From a virus, in the IMG/VR virus record IMGVR_UViG_3300027509_000010: DNA of 32,871 nt. One strand, 5' to 3'. Shown here in pieces: positions 30,381 through 32,871 of this stretch. The notes under the pieces are model-generated. The model was not told where the DNA came from. It saw nothing but the letters and a program-made list of their open reading frames with translations, and did not search any database. A program made the translations under genes and the position numbers. Every line of letters starts with the position of its first letter. Positions within the stretch are counted from its first letter, which is position 1.

Positions 30381-30688
30381 AGTTGGGTTTCCTTGTTGGT
30401 TGGTGATTGCGAGGCGGGCGCCTCTATGTCACGAAGTGACAGATCATATGGCAAGTCATTTGCCGGGTGGTGGATGTGGCACTCGGGGTGGGGGTTGTGG
30501 TCTCCGTGGCACCAGCCCTGGCGGGTCATGTTGCGGCGGAAGTCCTCCGGCGTCGACCAGGTGACTGGGTGGCCGTCACGTAGGCCCTCCGACAGCGGGG
30601 GCACGATGAGACTGTCCCCGTCTCTGGACCCAGCCGAACCATGCACCTCGGACACTGGTGCCAGACCGGCGCCGTCGTCGTCTCTCAT
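30377..30688 (-). CDS. His/Cys-rich hypothetical protein, 103 aa
   Basis: ATGA overlaps at both ends support translation. The cluster is WCHGDHNPHPECHIHHP. Confidence 0.6.
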   Translation of the reverse strand: MRDDDGAGLAPVSEVHGSAGSRDGDSLIVPPLSEGLRDGHPVTWSTPEDFRRNMTRQGWCHGDHNPHPECHIHHPANDLPYDLSLRDIEAPASQSPTNKETQL

Positions 30689-32802
30689 TCCTTGCCTCCG
30701 TCGATGACGGTGAGGGCCGGGGCTGGCGCCTCGTCTGGATGCTTGGCGGCGAGGTGGTTGGCGAGACCCCGCTCAGTCTTATAGGTCTTGGGACAGTGGG
30801 GACACTGGCCTGGGTCGATGGTCGGCGGGGCCTCGGTTGGCTCCCCTGGGGTCGGTGGGACTGCCTTGGGCTTGGCCTTGGGTCCGGCGCTGGCCGCCAC
30901 CACCTTATTGCCGTCGTCCTTGGGTTTGACCAGGACGGACTCCGGTGGGTCCGCTTGCATCGTGAGGGCGTAGAGGACTGGGTCGTTGGCGACGGCCTTG
31001 GTGGAACGAGGTGAGGGGCGGCCGTGGCGGTTGGCCTGCCAGCGGGCGACCCCGCGGGCCACGGTCTTAGTCCCCCAGTATTGCTCCAGCTTGTACTCCC
31101 GGTCACGAGCGGTGGCCTCCAGGTAGTCGGCGTCCCCCACGGGGTCCACACTGATCTCATCGAGCGACCAGTGGCGGACCAGGGCCACCAGGCGCTCCAG
31201 CTCCAGGTCAGACATTGCCGAACCGACAGCGTCTTTGTTCCCCGTGGCCGCCCAGAGAATCGCCAGGGCCTCCTTGTCCAGGACGTTGTGGACCTGGAAC
31301 GCTACACACTCGGCGCGTCGAGCGGCCACGGCCTCGGCGACGTCGAGGATTTCGGTGATGCGCTCGACGTGGGCGGACGAGGCCTTGGGCGAGGACAGGT
31401 TGGGGATGTCCTCGCGCATCCTGGTCAGGTTCACGCGGGCGGCGAGGTCCTGGGGCAGGGCGTGCCAGCGCGGCCCGATGGCCTCGACGGCGGCCGGGTC
31501 AGCCTTGACAAACGTGGGAGTATCTGGCCCTGGCGACGCCTCCACCGCGGCCATGGCCGGAGTCCTGGTCGGTGGCGCCGGGGTCACGACGAATGGGAGC
31601 TGGTTGTGGGCCTCGACCCTGTCCAGCCACTCGTGAATCTGGCGGAAGTCTCCGGGGGTGTAGGTGTAGCGGGAGGTCTCGGCGCCCTCCGGCCCCCCGA
31701 ACGGTGGGATGGTGCCGGTGACCCAGAGGGTGCCCAGGTCTAGGAGGGCCTTGGCGCCTTTCTTGACGGTGGCCGGGTCCTCGGAGTGCTCCATGGCCAT
31801 GATGGCCGCAATGCGCGCCCTGGCGACGTCGTACGGGGTGGACGGTGTCGCTGTCGGGATGGGCTCCGGTGGGAATATCTCGTCGCCGATGACGGAGCGC
31901 TTGCCGACGTTGGACCAGTCGCCGGTCGGGATGGCTCCGACGAAGATGGCGAACTGGGATTCGTCGCAGACCACTGGTTTGACGTGGAGGCCGGTGGACC
32001 AGTTCTTGGACTGTTGCCACTCGGGGAGGGTGTAGGTCTTGCCTCCGTTGACCTTGACGTTGCGGGCGGGGTGGACGGGGAATACGTGCTCCTCGTCCGG
32101 TCGGATGGAGATGGCGACACCACCAGCGACCTCGGGGATGGGCTCCCGGCGCCAGGTGCCATCCTCGCCCTTGATGACCATGTAATCGGCGTAACGGATG
32201 GCGGCGAGCTGGAGGGCGACCTCTGGCCAGATGCCGGACCTCGATGTCTTGAGGTCGGCGACGACGAGGCCGTAGCCGGGGAGGTAGGCGATGAGGTCGA
32301 GGGTCCCGGCGTAGCCGTAGGTCTCGGAGAACACGGTGACCTCGACGTGGTCACAGACCGGTTGCCACTCTCGGAAAAAGCGTTCCACCACTGGAGCGAA
32401 CGGCCCGCACGATGTGCGACACCAATCGGACCCAGGGCCGCCCAGGGCCAGCTCCTCGAAATACTCGTGGGCGGCGTCGCCCTGGTCCCCGGCGTGGTCA
32501 CGGTCGCGGTCTGATGCCTTGGCGATCCGGTCCATGATGACTTTGGGGTCATCGGGGTATTGGGTGGAAACCTCCAGCCACTCCTCCAGGCCCCAGTAGG
32601 CATACTCGGCGGTGCCGTATTTGATCCAGTTGTCGAGCTGTTTGGGGATGCCGCGCTTGATGACGGTGGTGATGGAGGTGTAGCGGTAGTCCAGGGGCCG
32701 GTGGTCTGGTTGGTAGTCGGCGGGGAGGGGCGGGTTGTGGGCGGATGGGTGGAGGTATTGGCGGCCGGTGCGGCCGGGGACTGCTAGCTCTGGCTGGGTC
32801 AT
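30685..32802 (-). CDS. PD-(D/E)XK (RecB/Cas4-like) nuclease with a long C-terminal extension ending in a classical C2H2 zinc finger, 705 aa
   Basis: Nuclease motifs are GYAGTLDLIAY (D), VVADLKTSRSG (D-x-K) and QLAAIRYADY (QxxxY). The C-terminal CPHCPKTYKTERGLANHLAAKH has the form C-x2-C-x3-Y-x5-L-x2-H-x4-H and maps to 30739-30804. Confidence 0.8.
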   Translation of the reverse strand: MTQPELAVPGRTGRQYLHPSAHNPPLPADYQPDHRPLDYRYTSITTVIKRGIPKQLDNWIKYGTAEYAYWGLEEWLEVSTQYPDDPKVIMDRIAKASDRDRDHAGDQGDAAHEYFEELALGGPGSDWCRTSCGPFAPVVERFFREWQPVCDHVEVTVFSETYGYAGTLDLIAYLPGYGLVVADLKTSRSGIWPEVALQLAAIRYADYMVIKGEDGTWRREPIPEVAGGVAISIRPDEEHVFPVHPARNVKVNGGKTYTLPEWQQSKNWSTGLHVKPVVCDESQFAIFVGAIPTGDWSNVGKRSVIGDEIFPPEPIPTATPSTPYDVARARIAAIMAMEHSEDPATVKKGAKALLDLGTLWVTGTIPPFGGPEGAETSRYTYTPGDFRQIHEWLDRVEAHNQLPFVVTPAPPTRTPAMAAVEASPGPDTPTFVKADPAAVEAIGPRWHALPQDLAARVNLTRMREDIPNLSSPKASSAHVERITEILDVAEAVAARRAECVAFQVHNVLDKEALAILWAATGNKDAVGSAMSDLELERLVALVRHWSLDEISVDPVGDADYLEATARDREYKLEQYWGTKTVARGVARWQANRHGRPSPRSTKAVANDPVLYALTMQADPPESVLVKPKDDGNKVVAASAGPKAKPKAVPPTPGEPTEAPPTIDPGQCPHCPKTYKTERGLANHLAAKHPDEAPAPALTVIDGGKE

Positions 32803-32871
32803 GCTTGGGTCTCCAGGGTGTACTCGATGGTGGTGGATTGATCGATGCCCAGGGCGACGGTGTGGGTGGGG
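32745..32871. repeat. Right copy of the 127-bp terminal duplication
   Basis: Identical to 1-127. It duplicates the 3' end of CDS 55..288 and the start codon region of CDS 30685..32802. Confidence 0.95.

Noticed and set aside
1-32871. Search for an integrase, CI-type repressor, partition system, transposase, tRNA or rRNA
   Set aside because: No ORF shows tyrosine or serine recombinase motifs or a DDE transposase. The intergenic gaps (at most 265 bp) are occupied by promoters and terminators and show no cloverleaf-like sequence. The phage lifestyle therefore cannot be assigned from the sequence.

Overview
The window is a complete tailed-phage genome of about 32.7 kb and roughly 65% GC, with siphovirus/HK97-like architecture. 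An actinobacterial host is my inference from GC content and gene content. Bases 1-127 recur exactly at 32745-32871, so the contig is circularly closed or terminally redundant, with 32,744 bp of unique sequence. On the minus strand, gene 55..288 therefore sits directly upstream of gene 30685..32802. I call about 50 protein genes. All but three are on the minus strand, and they are tightly packed: 17 junctions have 4-nt ATGA/GTGA start-stop overlaps and 8 have 1-nt overlaps.

The genome divides into four parts:
1. An early/replication operon runs from about 1101 leftward across the contig junction to 23432. It encodes a small HTH protein, a PD-(D/E)XK nuclease fused to a C2H2 zinc finger, an Ala/Pro-repeat protein, several zinc-ribbon proteins, a MazG-like NTPase, a methyltransferase, a DUF1643-like protein, a PrimPol-helicase and a RuvC-like resolvase.
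2. A late operon runs from 22677 to 6049. It encodes a candidate small terminase, TerL, portal, prohead protease, major capsid, connectors and the major tail protein followed by a terminator. It continues with a gp10-like protein, the G/GT chaperone with a CCCAAAA -1 frameshift, tape measure, Dit, a Tal-like protein, a beta-helix tailspike, a holin-like protein, an amidase endolysin and a terminator.
3. A self-contained accessory operon (5841 to 2554) has its own promoter and terminator. It encodes a LuxR HTH regulator, zinc-ribbon proteins, membrane proteins and a low-GC acidic ORF.
4. Three plus-strand cassettes encode a secreted 28-cysteine repeat protein, an HNH endonuclease inside the tail module, and a C39-like cysteine peptidase with its own extended -10 promoter and terminator.

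I recognised no integrase, tRNA, rRNA, CRISPR array or transposase.

The items most worth follow-up are:
- a 12-copy iteron array around a 43% GC tract at the 3' end of the primase-helicase gene, a candidate origin;
- the Cys-repeat secreted protein;
- the accessory operon;
- the nuclease-C2H2 fusion;
- the peptidase cassette next to a G-tract region;
- a perfect 24-bp x 5.5 coding tandem repeat.

All functional calls come from reading motifs in the translated ORFs. No database search was run.
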